Origin: Candidatus Dadabacteria bacterium
GTDB lineage: Bacteria > Desulfobacterota_D > UBA1144 > Nemesobacterales > CSP1-2
NCBI GenBank assembly: GCA_963805855.1
Contig: CAWDVW010000002.1
Location: 288,001-352,000 of the forward strand
Direction: 5' to 3'
Length of the DNA stretch: 64,000 nucleotides
The number at the start of each line of letters is the position of its first letter. Positions within the stretch are counted from its first letter, which is position 1. The notes below the pieces were generated by a model that was not told where the DNA came from, did no database searches, and saw only the letters and a program-made list of their open reading frames with translations. Both the position numbers and the translations under genes were made by a program. Positions 32,859-43,205 of the stretch are shown one piece after another.

Positions 32859-33536
32859 TCAACCCTTGAGAATCTTTTTTATATCCTCCGAAATATTGTG
32901 GGGATTCAACTTATCATAAGGATAGTAAAATAGCAATCTGCCATCTTTATCTATCAAATATATATTAGTCGTATGTGACATCTGGTAACTATCCCAGGTA
33001 TCAAATTCTCCCCTGCCGTACACTTCAGGGTGTTTTATAAAAAAGGCATTATATTCTTTAACAACTCGTTTTATTTCTTCTGGCGTTCCAGTTAACCCGA
33101 TGAAACTATTATTAAAAGATGGAACATAAGATTTCAGTCTACTCGGTGTATCCCTTTCGGGATCAATCGTAATAAAAAGCACTTGAACGTTATCACCGCG
33201 ATCCCCGAGCTCCTTCTTAACATTACTGAGCTTTGAAAGTATGAGCGGACAGATATCAGGGCAATTGGTAAATCCCCAGGATATGAGTACCAACCTCCCT
33301 TTAAAATCAGAGAGGGATACCCTTTTATTATTTTGATCAGTTAACTCAAATTCTGGCGCCTCTTTATAAATGCGAATCCCATGATAAAAATCGTCGTCTT
33401 TTAACTCTCCGGAATCGTCGCTTTTGAGTAATTGGATAAAAAACAATACCCAGCCCAGCATGAGCAATATCACAAAAGCAACGTTAGAGACGCGTTTTAG
33501 ATTCATCGTTAAATAATCTGGAAAAGAATATATCAT
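32859..33536 (-). CDS. SCO/SenC family copper chaperone
   Basis: TM anchor, GFTNCPDICP, TIDPERDT, conserved His (SHT). Confidence 0.93.
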   Translation of the reverse strand: MIYSFPDYLTMNLKRVSNVAFVILLMLGWVLFFIQLLKSDDSGELKDDDFYHGIRIYKEAPEFELTDQNNKRVSLSDFKGRLVLISWGFTNCPDICPLILSKLSNVKKELGDRGDNVQVLFITIDPERDTPSRLKSYVPSFNNSFIGLTGTPEEIKRVVKEYNAFFIKHPEVYGRGEFDTWDSYQMSHTTNIYLIDKDGRLLFYYPYDKLNPHNISEDIKKILKG

Positions 33537-33666
33537 TTATAATTAAAAAAAGAAGCATCCCTTTTTCTCTTTGATTATAAACACTGTAAGTCGTATAATT
33601 TTAAGAACTCAGGGATGTCGCCTATTATTTATATTCCGGCAACCGGCTGATCCTGAGAAATGCCTT

Positions 33667-34500
33667 ATGAATAGCCTCTGCTTTATTAATGGAAAAATAG
33701 TTCACAAAAGCCATGCCCGCATAGGTGTTGATGACCTCGGTCTCCAACGAGGATATGCAGTTTTTGATTATGTGAGGACATTCAATGGCAAGCTTTTCCA
33801 CTTTCCTGATTACCTTGAGAGACTCAGAAAGTCCGCCTCGGCACTTTATCTAGAACTGCCTTATTCGGATGAAGAGATCTTCGAGATAACAACGCGGCTG
33901 ATTGGAGAAAGTGATCTGAAAAATCCTGCAATCAGACTAATCTTAACGGGTGGGAAAGCCCAGGAACAAGCGGGCTTTGACCGACCGAACTTTATCATAG
34001 TCACTGAAGAGCTTCCCTATCATCCTAGCGAACTATACATTTATGGCGCGAAACTCATTACCCTCGAGTATCAAAGAGAACTACCTCATGTGAAAACAAC
34101 CAACTACTTAAACTCCATTCGGTTAGACGCTCTAAAACGGGAGAAGGGGGCGTTCAACATGCTGTATTATTATCAGAATAGAGTGACCGAGTGTCCTCGG
34201 GATAACTTTTTCATTTTTGTAGGAGATACACTGATCACGCCCAAGGATGACGTCCTCCAGGGTATTACAAGAAAACAAATCTTGCGTCTTTCACGGGAGC
34301 ATTTCTCAGTCGAGGTGCGCGAGGTGAGTCTACAGGAATTGAGCTTCGCCGATGAGGCATTCACCACCTCAACAAGCAAGGGTGTGATCCCGATTGTTCA
34401 GATCGACGATCACAAAATCGGCAGTGGCTCTGCTGGCGAGCGGACAAAAACTGTAATGAGGCTTTTTCAGGATTATACGGAGAGCTACTGTAATCCGTAA
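33667..34500 (+). CDS. Class IV aminotransferase (BCAT/DAAT/ADC lyase family)
   Basis: DLGLQRGYAVFD, VKTTNYL, LQGITRK, ADEAFTTST; start taken at internal ATG. Confidence 0.9.
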   Translation: MNSLCFINGKIVHKSHARIGVDDLGLQRGYAVFDYVRTFNGKLFHFPDYLERLRKSASALYLELPYSDEEIFEITTRLIGESDLKNPAIRLILTGGKAQEQAGFDRPNFIIVTEELPYHPSELYIYGAKLITLEYQRELPHVKTTNYLNSIRLDALKREKGAFNMLYYYQNRVTECPRDNFFIFVGDTLITPKDDVLQGITRKQILRLSREHFSVEVREVSLQELSFADEAFTTSTSKGVIPIVQIDDHKIGSGSAGERTKTVMRLFQDYTESYCNP

Positions 34501-34924
34501 TTAAAAAATGACTTAAAAAGGGATCCACTTTTGCTTCTCAACCCTTCATGGAGTGTACGCTCTTGATTGGTAGTGACACTGTTAGCTACGACGTCGGAAC
34601 AATCAACGGCAGTGACATGAAAACCTTAAAGACCAAAATAACAATGACTCCAAGAGGTAGCAAAATAGTAAACCAGGCAATTGGTACAATCTCAGGCGAG
34701 GGCGGCCAACTTCAAGAAATGCAATCAATCACAAATCATAGTCAGCATCATCTTTATTGTTGGGCGAAAAGGGAGCAGCAGCAATGGATGTACATTTGCA
34801 AGCAATAAACCGCATCATAGTTCTACCGCCATAAATCTTGTTCTATTATTCATCCCTATTTTCTACATGGGCTTGCATCGATTAAATGTATGAACATAAA
34901 ACTTTTATCATCCTGAGTGGACAT

Positions 34925-35347
34925 TCACTGTAGTTTCTCTTTTCCAATATCCTTCATTGGAAAAGGCACGGGGGAGGCGTGGTGAAGAACAAGAAGCCAT
35001 TTCGAGTCGTGGCGCTCAAAAATATTTGTAGTTTGAGCTAAACCTGTCTGAACATTTTCCTCGACTCTCTGTGTAATATGCTCTATACATGTAATCCAGG
35101 CTACATCTTCAATAATTTCAGTGTGTATGTCTGATAATTCGATTTTCGCTGGTCCCCCACCGCTAAATATAGTACTCCAACTCTCTTTTATTGAATCCCA
35201 TCCACTCAGCAGAGGCCAGCCTGGATGAACACATTTTGCAATTTCATCTTTAAACCAGACCTCTGCCATCAAATCTAAATCACCCCTTTCAAGGGCTTTG
35301 TAGAATCTTGCATTCGCACTGAGTACCTCTTTAAGCTCATCAGGCAT
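34925..35347 (-). CDS. NTF2/SnoaL-like protein
   Basis: ANARFYKAL, CVHPGW, TNIFER...WLLVLHHAS. Confidence 0.88.
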   Translation of the reverse strand: MPDELKEVLSANARFYKALERGDLDLMAEVWFKDEIAKCVHPGWPLLSGWDSIKESWSTIFSGGGPAKIELSDIHTEIIEDVAWITCIEHITQRVEENVQTGLAQTTNIFERHDSKWLLVLHHASPVPFPMKDIGKEKLQ

Positions 35348-35380
35348 AACAGAAAACCTCCAATTAGTAAATGATAATTA

Positions 35381-35506
35381 TCAAATCACAAGCACCAAAA
35401 TTCAAGCAAATTCAAAATCCGAAATAACAAATTCCCAATTGTTTTCGCAACTGAAATTTCATATCTTGGATTTATTTGGAATTTGGACTTTGGGATTTGC
35501 AATTTG
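35381..35506. repeat. Inverted arrays of degenerate heptamers (CAAATYC / GRATTTG)
   Basis: C/A-rich arm 35381-35438 faces a G/T-rich arm 35467-35506. Confidence 0.65.
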
Positions 35507-36646
35507 TAGTTCCGGTTCGCTCATGTTCAGAATTGATTCGATTTCTTCCCGAACCGATTTATCAGTTTCAAAATCTAAATGCTTCGATAAAGTATCGAAC
35601 GATTCATTACCCGCAACCTTCCACAAGGCCCAAGCCGCATGTGTCCTTATCAGCGATTCATCATCCTGCAAAGCCTCTTTGATATAAGGTATGAAAGCCT
35701 TGTGCCCGGAATTTCCCATCGCGACCATAACGTTTCTTATGAAGCCCTTTCTTTTTGCCCTCTTAATTGGGCTATCCTTGAAAACCTTTCTAAATTCCTC
35801 GATAGATAATTGCGAGAGATACATGAGATCAGGATTATATAAAGGATTCCTTGGTTGAAATGATTCAGATTCTGACACTTTTGCTTTCCTGTTCCAGGGG
35901 CATACGTCCTGGCAAATGTCACATCCGTAGATGTTATTATCCATCTTCTCCCTGAGACCAGATGGAATCTTTCCCCTGAATTCTATTGTGAGATATGAAA
36001 TGCATAGATTCGAGTCCAATATATATGGCGCTCTTAGCGCACCGGTGGGACAGGCATCTATGCACATGCTGCATGTGCCACATCTGTCAGGAACGGGACT
36101 GTCATAATCCAATTCAATATCCGTTATTATTTCACCGAGAAAAATCCAGGAACCTATATCCTGGTTTATTAAACACGTATTCTTTCCAGACCAACCGATG
36201 CCAGAGTACTTTCCATAAACCCTCTCCAGTACCGGCCCCGTATCGACATACACACGTGATTTTATACCTTTTGGAACGATTTTCCCGATATGTTCATCAA
36301 TTAAGAATAACCGCTCGTTCATAACTTCATGATAATCGTCACCCCATGCATAACGTGAAATCCAACCTTTTTTCTTATCTGGCTGATCAATCGAATAAGG
36401 ATAGTCGGTGTTGTAGTTCATCCCACACGAAATTACAGATTTTGCCTCAGGGAGTATGTTTTTTACATTTGCCCTTTTTTCGGGAGCCCTCTCCATATAT
36501 TTCATCTCTCCTGCGAAGCCCCTCGCTAGCCACTCTTTGTAATACTGATTTTCGGGAAATGAATCTACTGGAGATATACCCACCAGATCAAACCCGACTT
36601 CCAAGGCTTTATCTTTAATGGATTTTGTAAGACTCACTGTATCCAC
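35459..36646 (-). CDS. queG: Epoxyqueuosine reductase
   Basis: ISRYAWGDDYH, VDTGPVLER, CGTCSMCIDACPTGA, CISYLTIE, GCDICQDVCPWN, HEAT-like tail. Confidence 0.95.
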   Translation of the reverse strand: MDTVSLTKSIKDKALEVGFDLVGISPVDSFPENQYYKEWLARGFAGEMKYMERAPEKRANVKNILPEAKSVISCGMNYNTDYPYSIDQPDKKKGWISRYAWGDDYHEVMNERLFLIDEHIGKIVPKGIKSRVYVDTGPVLERVYGKYSGIGWSGKNTCLINQDIGSWIFLGEIITDIELDYDSPVPDRCGTCSMCIDACPTGALRAPYILDSNLCISYLTIEFRGKIPSGLREKMDNNIYGCDICQDVCPWNRKAKVSESESFQPRNPLYNPDLMYLSQLSIEEFRKVFKDSPIKRAKRKGFIRNVMVAMGNSGHKAFIPYIKEALQDDESLIRTHAAWALWKVAGNESFDTLSKHLDFETDKSVREEIESILNMSEPELQIANPKVQIPNKSKI

Positions 36647-36731
36647 AGAGGTTTATTTTATCATGGCAGCTATTCGACAGCTAATGCTTGTCATCTATTC
36701 ATGCAATTACCAAACAATAAATTTAGCGGTA

Positions 36732-36926
36732 ATGAAACTCCCTGCAGCAAGCTGCAGGGTATCATAATATAAACTGAACGTCTCAAGCGTCAATTGCGGG
36801 GAGCGAAGCGACCAAGCAATCTAGAAATAAGATTGCTTCACGGAGCTTGCACTGAGCAAATCGAATGTGTTCAAATTACAGGCAGGGGGAAATCCTGTAG
36901 CAAGCCACAGGGAATTCACTAGTTAA
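36732..36926. mobile_element. IS200/IS605-like non-autonomous element with nested palindromes
   Basis: Similar hairpins at both ends (CCCTGCAGCAAGCTGCAGGG; CCTGTAGCAAGCCACAGG), no ORF, internal AAGCAATCT/AGATTGCTT doublet. Confidence 0.5.
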
Positions 36927-37018
36927 GAAAATCAAATAGGCACAACATGCATCCCATCTGGACTTTTAGTGGAGCATTATCAAGAAGATGCAGCGGAGGG
37001 GTCGCAGTAGATAGAAAA

Positions 37019-37516
37019 CTAACCTTTCAAACACTTTACCTTTGTGATCAGCTCTGCCACCTCCCTCACAGCCTCCTCCCCAATTCCATATGTCACATAA
37101 TATGAATTCGCCTTTACCTCAAGAGGGGCGTCCGCAGGTGCTACAGAGAAGTTAACTTTACTCACCATATCGAGGTCAGAATGATCCCAACAGAAAAATG
37201 CTATGTTTTCATCTAAAACCGAATGTCCGCTTTTTAACTTAGAGTAAAAATTTAAGTTTTCTGATATACCGTGATAGAATATATCAATCCCAAGACGATT
37301 GATGATCGACGAAATCTCATTTGATGTCTTATTTGAGAATACGACACTCTCAATTCCGACTTTTTTTAAAGTATGAATATGGTGACCATTCCTCATGCCG
37401 GGATTGTTCAGGTATAGCGAGATCAAATCCTTTGTAATAAACCCGTCGGCATTAATTAACAAGAGCTTAATTTTGCTGAGCTTATTGATAAGATCGGTTC
37501 TTAGCTTGATCAACAT
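37019..37516 (-). CDS. KdsC-like HAD phosphatase homologue with degenerate catalytic motifs
   Basis: IKLLLINADGFIT, APADA, GEEAVREVAELI. Confidence 0.75.
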   Translation of the reverse strand: MLIKLRTDLINKLSKIKLLLINADGFITKDLISLYLNNPGMRNGHHIHTLKKVGIESVVFSNKTSNEISSIINRLGIDIFYHGISENLNFYSKLKSGHSVLDENIAFFCWDHSDLDMVSKVNFSVAPADAPLEVKANSYYVTYGIGEEAVREVAELITKVKCLKG

Positions 37517-37656
37517 AAAATTCTCAAATTTCCATTGCCGACTTGAATACCATTTTAAGTGCTAAACAGTTAAATAGCAAGTACCAAATATAAATGATAA
37601 AACCTTGAAGCACCAAAGCCGGATACAAGACTCTGGTGCACTTTATGGGCTAACGA

Positions 37657-38355
37657 ATGATCCCACTTCGTGATACAACTCGATCCAGCAGTTTTCCTGT
37701 TGTCAACACCATCTTAATAATATCAAATGTCATAGTGTTCTTGTACGAAATCTCTTTAGGCCAAGGTTCCGACCGCTTTATTTTTCAACATGGGCTAATC
37801 CCGGGATTACTATTTTCATCCACAGACATGGGACTTGTTGAACGTTTTTCACCGTTTTTTACATCACTATTTATTCATGCGGGTTTTCTACACCTTCTGG
37901 GGAATATGTTGTTCCTTTACATCTTCGGAGACAACGTAGAGGACAAAATGGGACACTTTAAATATCTGGTCTTTTACATTATGTGTGGTTTCTCTGCTGC
38001 CATCTTTCAGACGCTGACCAATATCCACTCCACGATTCCCATGATCGGAGCTAGCGGAGCCATCTCCGGGGTGCTCGGAGCTTACTTAATCTTCTTTCCC
38101 AGATCCAGGATACTCACCTTGCTACCAATACTTTTCATTATTCCGCTCATCCATATACCCGCTGCGGTTTTTATAATTGTCTGGTTTATTTTTCAATTTC
38201 TCAGTGGGCTGGCAACCCTTCCAGCCAAGCCCGGAATCGGAGGTGTTGCGTTTTGGGCCCATATAGGAGGTTTTGTTTCGGGACTAATCCTGGCTAGGTT
38301 TTTTCATAAGAAGGGAAGTATCCGCATAAGTCGCTTCAGTAAATATTATCATTAG
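37657..38355 (+). CDS. Rhomboid family intramembrane serine protease
   Basis: HLLGNMLFL, GDNVED, GASGAISG, AHIGGF. Confidence 0.95.
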   Translation: MIPLRDTTRSSSFPVVNTILIISNVIVFLYEISLGQGSDRFIFQHGLIPGLLFSSTDMGLVERFSPFFTSLFIHAGFLHLLGNMLFLYIFGDNVEDKMGHFKYLVFYIMCGFSAAIFQTLTNIHSTIPMIGASGAISGVLGAYLIFFPRSRILTLLPILFIIPLIHIPAAVFIIVWFIFQFLSGLATLPAKPGIGGVAFWAHIGGFVSGLILARFFHKKGSIRISRFSKYYH

Positions 38356-38526
38356 ATATGATACTAACAGATGTGTTAGTATAATATATATAATGAGAAT
38401 TAGAGGTCGAGACATCAAAAGATTCGCTAAAGGATAACAATAGTAGATCTGGAAACTCAGATCGGGTTTAACTGAAATCACATCAAAGGATAGTAAAAAA
38501 TAAAATTTTCAAGGTAGTAATCCAAA

Positions 38527-39798
38527 TTGGTATACAAAAACAAAACTAGGGATTCCAAAAATGTCCTTGCCATCCTAGCCGGGGGCGGCCCAGCACCCGG
38601 AATCAATGGAGTTATAAGTGCTGCGACAATTGAAGCAATAAATCAAGGTGTAGAAGTAATAGGCATCCGGGACGGTTTTAAGTGGATAGCACAAGGCGAT
38701 AAGAAACATATTCTTAGTCTAACAATCGAAAACACTTCGCGCATACACCTAACTGGCGGTTCGGTCTTAGGTATATCGAGGGAAAACCCGACCAAAAGTG
38801 CCCAAAAAATGAACAATGTGATAAGGACTCTCAAGGCCCTTAAGGTTAACTATCTTTTGACAGTCGGTGGGGATGATACAATGTTTACAGCCAGTCGGGT
38901 CGAGGCTGAAGCAAAAGGAAGGATTAAGGTAGCTCACGTGCCCAAGACAATTGATAATGATTTACCCCTTCCAGGCTATGATTCGACGTTCGGATTCGAA
39001 ACAGCGCGACACCTCGGTACAAGAATTGTCCAATATTTAATGGAAGATGCAAGAACAACAAGCAGGTGGTACCTTGTTGTAACAATGGGAAGAAAGACAG
39101 GTCACTTAGCCCTTGGAATAGGAAAAGCGGCAGGCGCAACTATAACTATAATTCCCGAACAGTTCACTGACCATAAAATAACCCTCGACACTCTCATAAC
39201 CTTACTCGAAGGGGCTATAATAAAGCGGATCAACATGGGCAGACAGGATGGTGTCGCTATTGTTGCGGAAGGTCTTGCCGAAAAACTGGAGGAGACAGAT
39301 TTCGAAGACTTAAAGGATGTGGAGAGAGATGCCCATGGAAATATAAGATTATCCGAAATTGACCTCGGAAAGGTAATCAAGAACGAAACAAAAAGAAGGC
39401 TGTCGGAAAAGGGTATCAATATCACAATCGTCAACAAGAATATCGGATACGAGCTCAGATCTGCCCCGCCCATTCCGTTTGATGCCAAATACACACGTGA
39501 CCTTGGCTATGGTGCTATAAAATTTTTACTGCAGGGCGGAACAGGCGCAATGATAACGATCCAGACCGGTAAAATGGTACCCTTAAATTTCAAAGAGCTA
39601 CTAGACCCTGAGACAGGAAGAACAAAGATTCGCTACGTCGATATAAACACGGAATCTTATGAAGTTGCGGAGAAATACATGATCAAGCTTACGGCAGAAG
39701 ATTTTCACAACAGGGTTAAATTGGCAGGGCTTTCACGAACGGCACATATGAAGCCTGAAGAATTTGTAAAATACTTTTCTAAAGCGCTAAGGCACTAG
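38527..39798 (+). CDS. pfp: Pyrophosphate-dependent phosphofructokinase
   Basis: GGGPAPGIN, GGDD and PKTIDND (Asp/Lys signature for PPi use), MGR, GYELR. Confidence 0.9.
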   Translation: MVYKNKTRDSKNVLAILAGGGPAPGINGVISAATIEAINQGVEVIGIRDGFKWIAQGDKKHILSLTIENTSRIHLTGGSVLGISRENPTKSAQKMNNVIRTLKALKVNYLLTVGGDDTMFTASRVEAEAKGRIKVAHVPKTIDNDLPLPGYDSTFGFETARHLGTRIVQYLMEDARTTSRWYLVVTMGRKTGHLALGIGKAAGATITIIPEQFTDHKITLDTLITLLEGAIIKRINMGRQDGVAIVAEGLAEKLEETDFEDLKDVERDAHGNIRLSEIDLGKVIKNETKRRLSEKGINITIVNKNIGYELRSAPPIPFDAKYTRDLGYGAIKFLLQGGTGAMITIQTGKMVPLNFKELLDPETGRTKIRYVDINTESYEVAEKYMIKLTAEDFHNRVKLAGLSRTAHMKPEEFVKYFSKALRH

Positions 39799-39913
39799 AA
39801 CTATCGGACATAGGCCAAGGCAAGTCAAATCAGCATAATTAGCATTTTAACCCCTTCGAAAAGCGCATCTGAATTTTTTCGAATTTTTTCAATGTTTTCT
39901 TTTTAGTCCTCTC

Positions 39914-39943
39914 TTGACAATCACTCGAATTACTTTATATAAT
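39914..39943 (+). promoter_or_regulatory. Consensus sigma70 promoter of the oxidase operon
   Basis: TTGACA-N18-TATAAT, 60 nt upstream of coxB. Confidence 0.7.
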
Positions 39944-40003
39944 GCCTTGTACCTGACATACCGATCATAAACCACTATAAATTTAACCTCTTAAAGGAGT
40001 AAG

Positions 40004-40921
40004 ATGGAAAAACTGGGTGGTATATTCAACGCAAGCTCCCCAGAGATGACAGAAATGGCTGGTTTGACATTGTTTATGATTGCCATTTCGATCGCAATTT
40101 TTGTAATAGTAACCGGCGCCATAGTATTCATTATAATACGATATAGAAAACGAAAGGGCGATGATAGTGAGCCAGAACAATATTTTGGAAGTCTTACCGC
40201 GGAAATCGTATGGACATTGATACCCACTATTATCGTCGGCATATTATTTTTCTATACCGTAAAAACCATGTATGCAGTCGATCCGCCAAAGGGAGATCGT
40301 GAGCCAGATATCATAATAATTGGGCACCAATGGTGGTGGGAGCTCATTTATCCAAAATCAGGAGTCGTCACCGCCAACGAGGTTCATCTCCCCGTTGGTG
40401 AGAAATGGTTGGCAAGGCTTGAGTCAGTTGATGTAATACATGATTTCTGGGTTCCTGAACTTTTCAGAAAAATCGATCTTGTGCCCGGACATCCCAATCA
40501 TATATGGTTATCATCCAGCAAGCCCGGAACCTTTCTAGGTGCCTGTGCAGAGTTTTGTGGGGCGCAGCATGCAAACATGCGTATCAGGGTTATAGTACAA
40601 ACAAGGGAAGATTTTGATGCCTGGCAAGATCAGCAACTTAAATTTCCAAGACCCCCGAGCTCGAGTGAAGCAACAATGGGGGCAAAGCTTTTCAACACAA
40701 TGGGGTGTGCTAATTGTCATCTAGCAAATGTTGGTCCCAACTTAACTCATATTTCAACGCGCGAAACCATTGGAGCCGGCGTGCTTACAAATACACCTGA
40801 AAATCTAAAGAAGTGGCTCTTGAATCCCCAAGCCTATAAGCCTGGTTCTTATATGCCAAATATGAAGCTTTCAGACCAACAAGTAAATCAGATAGTTGCA
40901 TACCTGGAGACATTAAAATGA
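40004..40921 (+). CDS. coxB: Cytochrome c oxidase subunit II with fused cytochrome c (caa3 type)
   Basis: GHQWWW, DVIHDFW, CAEFCGAQHANM CuA site, CANCH heme c, MP ligand. Confidence 0.95.
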   Translation: MEKLGGIFNASSPEMTEMAGLTLFMIAISIAIFVIVTGAIVFIIIRYRKRKGDDSEPEQYFGSLTAEIVWTLIPTIIVGILFFYTVKTMYAVDPPKGDREPDIIIIGHQWWWELIYPKSGVVTANEVHLPVGEKWLARLESVDVIHDFWVPELFRKIDLVPGHPNHIWLSSSKPGTFLGACAEFCGAQHANMRIRVIVQTREDFDAWQDQQLKFPRPPSSSEATMGAKLFNTMGCANCHLANVGPNLTHISTRETIGAGVLTNTPENLKKWLLNPQAYKPGSYMPNMKLSDQQVNQIVAYLETLK

Positions 40922-42594
40922 GCAGGATTCCCCTGGTCCCAGAAAACGTCGAACCGCTGCCAGCCATCGGCGAAAGTGAAGGCCTTCTGAGTTGGATTGG
41001 TTCAATAGATCATAAACAGATTGGCATTATGTACATATTAGCCACAATGATCTTCTTCCTCATCGGTGGCACAGAAGCCCTGCTCATGCGTATTCAGCTT
41101 ATCCATCCAAATAACCATTTTCTTTCGCCGCAGGCCTTCAATCAACTGTTTACAATGCATGGCACAACGATGATCTTTTTCGTGGTGATGCCATTCCTTA
41201 TCGGGGTCGGGGTTTATCTCGTACCCCTTATGATTGGCGCGCGGGACATGGCTTTTCCACGACTTAATGCGCTAAGCTTCTGGCTCTTTCTTTTTGGCGG
41301 CCTAATTTTGTATTACAGCTTCTTCACCCAAAGCGGCGCACCTGAGGTGGGCTGGTTTGCGTACGCTCCCTTAAGCGAAAAGCCTTTTTCGTTGAATAAG
41401 GGACCCACATACTGGGCTCTTGGACTACTCGCAACTGGTATAGGCTCCGTGGCCTCTGGTCTTAATAATGTTGTTACAATCCTGACGCTTAGAACGCCGG
41501 GAATGACCATGCGAAGGCTTCCCCTCTTCGTGTGGATGATATTCGTAACTTCATTCCTTTTGATATTCGTAATACCCGTCATAGCGGCCGCATTCGCGAT
41601 GCTTCTGCTTGATCGTTTATTAGGCGCGACCTTTTTTGCTCCAGCTTCAGGTGGATCGGCGATTCTCTACCAGCACTTCTTTTGGGGCTTTGGTCATCCC
41701 GAAGTCTACATCTTGGTACTTCCAGCATTTGCCATAATATCAGAGGTCATTCCTGTTTTTTCTCGGAGGCCAATCTTTGGTTATGAATTTGTGGCGGGTT
41801 CAACTGTAGCCATAGGACTTCTAAGCGTCGCTGTATGGGCACACCACATGTTCGCCGTAGGTCTGGGGAATGTTGTAAATGCCTATTTCTCCATAGCCAG
41901 TATGCTGATTGCAATTCCAACCGGAATTAAAATCCTAAACTGGACTGCAACCATGTGGGGCGGGAAAATTCGCTTTGCCACACCTATGCTCTTCGCCGTG
42001 ACGTTTCTAATAGAATTTGTAATTGGTGGCCTTACCGGTGTCGCCGTTGCTTCCGCTCCTATAGATTGGCAATTGACGGATAGCTACTTCATAGTGGGAC
42101 ACTTCCACTACACGCTGTTCGGCGGAAGCGTTTTTGCTATATTCGCCGGTGTTTACTACTGGTTTCCTAAATTTACAGGCCGTTTGCTCTCGGAATGTAT
42201 AGGAAAGTGGCACTTCTGGCTTACCGTGATAGGTTTTAATCTTACGTTCTTAATTCAGCACCTCCTTGGATTGGTTGGAATGCCAAGACGCGTTTATACA
42301 TATCCGGATCTGCCTTATTGGGGAACCATGAATTTAATATCCACTATTGGCGCGATCGTACTCGCAATATCTGTGATTGTATTCTTATGGAATGTAATTA
42401 TCAGTCTTCGCCGCGGTAAACCTGCAGGAGATAATCCATGGAACGCATGGACGCTCGAATGGGCGACCACATCACCTCCTCCAGTGTATGATTTTGATCT
42501 TGTTCCACCGGTACGGGGAAGGCGTCCACTCTGGGACCTTGCTCACCCCGATATGCCAGACGAGAAACAAACCGAGAACAGAGGAGGTTCATGA
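40918..42594 (+). CDS. coxA: Cytochrome c oxidase subunit I, type A1
   Basis: DHKQIG, TMHG, DMAFPRLN, GHPEVY, WAHH, PTGIK, HFH, GMPRR. Confidence 0.97.
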   Translation: MSRIPLVPENVEPLPAIGESEGLLSWIGSIDHKQIGIMYILATMIFFLIGGTEALLMRIQLIHPNNHFLSPQAFNQLFTMHGTTMIFFVVMPFLIGVGVYLVPLMIGARDMAFPRLNALSFWLFLFGGLILYYSFFTQSGAPEVGWFAYAPLSEKPFSLNKGPTYWALGLLATGIGSVASGLNNVVTILTLRTPGMTMRRLPLFVWMIFVTSFLLIFVIPVIAAAFAMLLLDRLLGATFFAPASGGSAILYQHFFWGFGHPEVYILVLPAFAIISEVIPVFSRRPIFGYEFVAGSTVAIGLLSVAVWAHHMFAVGLGNVVNAYFSIASMLIAIPTGIKILNWTATMWGGKIRFATPMLFAVTFLIEFVIGGLTGVAVASAPIDWQLTDSYFIVGHFHYTLFGGSVFAIFAGVYYWFPKFTGRLLSECIGKWHFWLTVIGFNLTFLIQHLLGLVGMPRRVYTYPDLPYWGTMNLISTIGAIVLAISVIVFLWNVIISLRRGKPAGDNPWNAWTLEWATTSPPPVYDFDLVPPVRGRRPLWDLAHPDMPDEKQTENRGGS

Positions 42595-42598
42595 TTGA

Positions 42599-43153
42599 AT
42601 GGCAAACAATAGAATGCTTATAGGGTTCTTCGTTGCTTCTGAATCAATATTCTTTGTTATGCTGATACTTGCCTACATAAATTTCCATGTTCATGGTCCT
42701 TTTGACGGTCCATCAGCGAGGACCAGTCTGAATCCGATCACCACCGGGATATTCAGCCTCTTTCTCCTGGCCAGCAGCTTTACCATATGGCTTGCCGGAC
42801 GAAGTCTAAAGAAGAAAAACCACTTTATGCTAAAGTTTTGGATACTCGTTACGATTCTTCTCGGTGCAACTTTCATCTTTGGTCAGGGCTTAGAGTGGTT
42901 TGGTCTGATAAAGAAAGGTATATGGTTACCGCGGAATGTATTTGCCACAACCTTTTTTACACTGACCGGTTTCCATGGTTTTCATGTGTGTGCGGGCCTC
43001 ATTATGCTATCAACTCTTCTGGGCCTGGCCCTTGCGGGCGATTTCAAAGGGCCAAGATCAGAGGGTGTTGAGGTCGTATCAATTTACTGGCACTTCGTAG
43101 ACGGAGTTTGGATCGTGGTCTTTTCAGTTATATATCTATGGGCATTTTTATGA
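42599..43153 (+). CDS. coxC: Cytochrome c oxidase subunit III (short form)
   Basis: ASESIFF, TGFHGFHV, YWHFVDGVW. Confidence 0.93.
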   Translation: MANNRMLIGFFVASESIFFVMLILAYINFHVHGPFDGPSARTSLNPITTGIFSLFLLASSFTIWLAGRSLKKKNHFMLKFWILVTILLGATFIFGQGLEWFGLIKKGIWLPRNVFATTFFTLTGFHGFHVCAGLIMLSTLLGLALAGDFKGPRSEGVEVVSIYWHFVDGVWIVVFSVIYLWAFL

Positions 43154-43205
43154 CAAGACAGAAATTGATTCTGAATAAATCATAAATGTATAAAGGGATC
43201 TTATT

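Noticed and set aside
34548-34893. Two overlapping short ORFs
   Set aside because: No recognisable motif or RBS; possibly a decayed gene but unsupported
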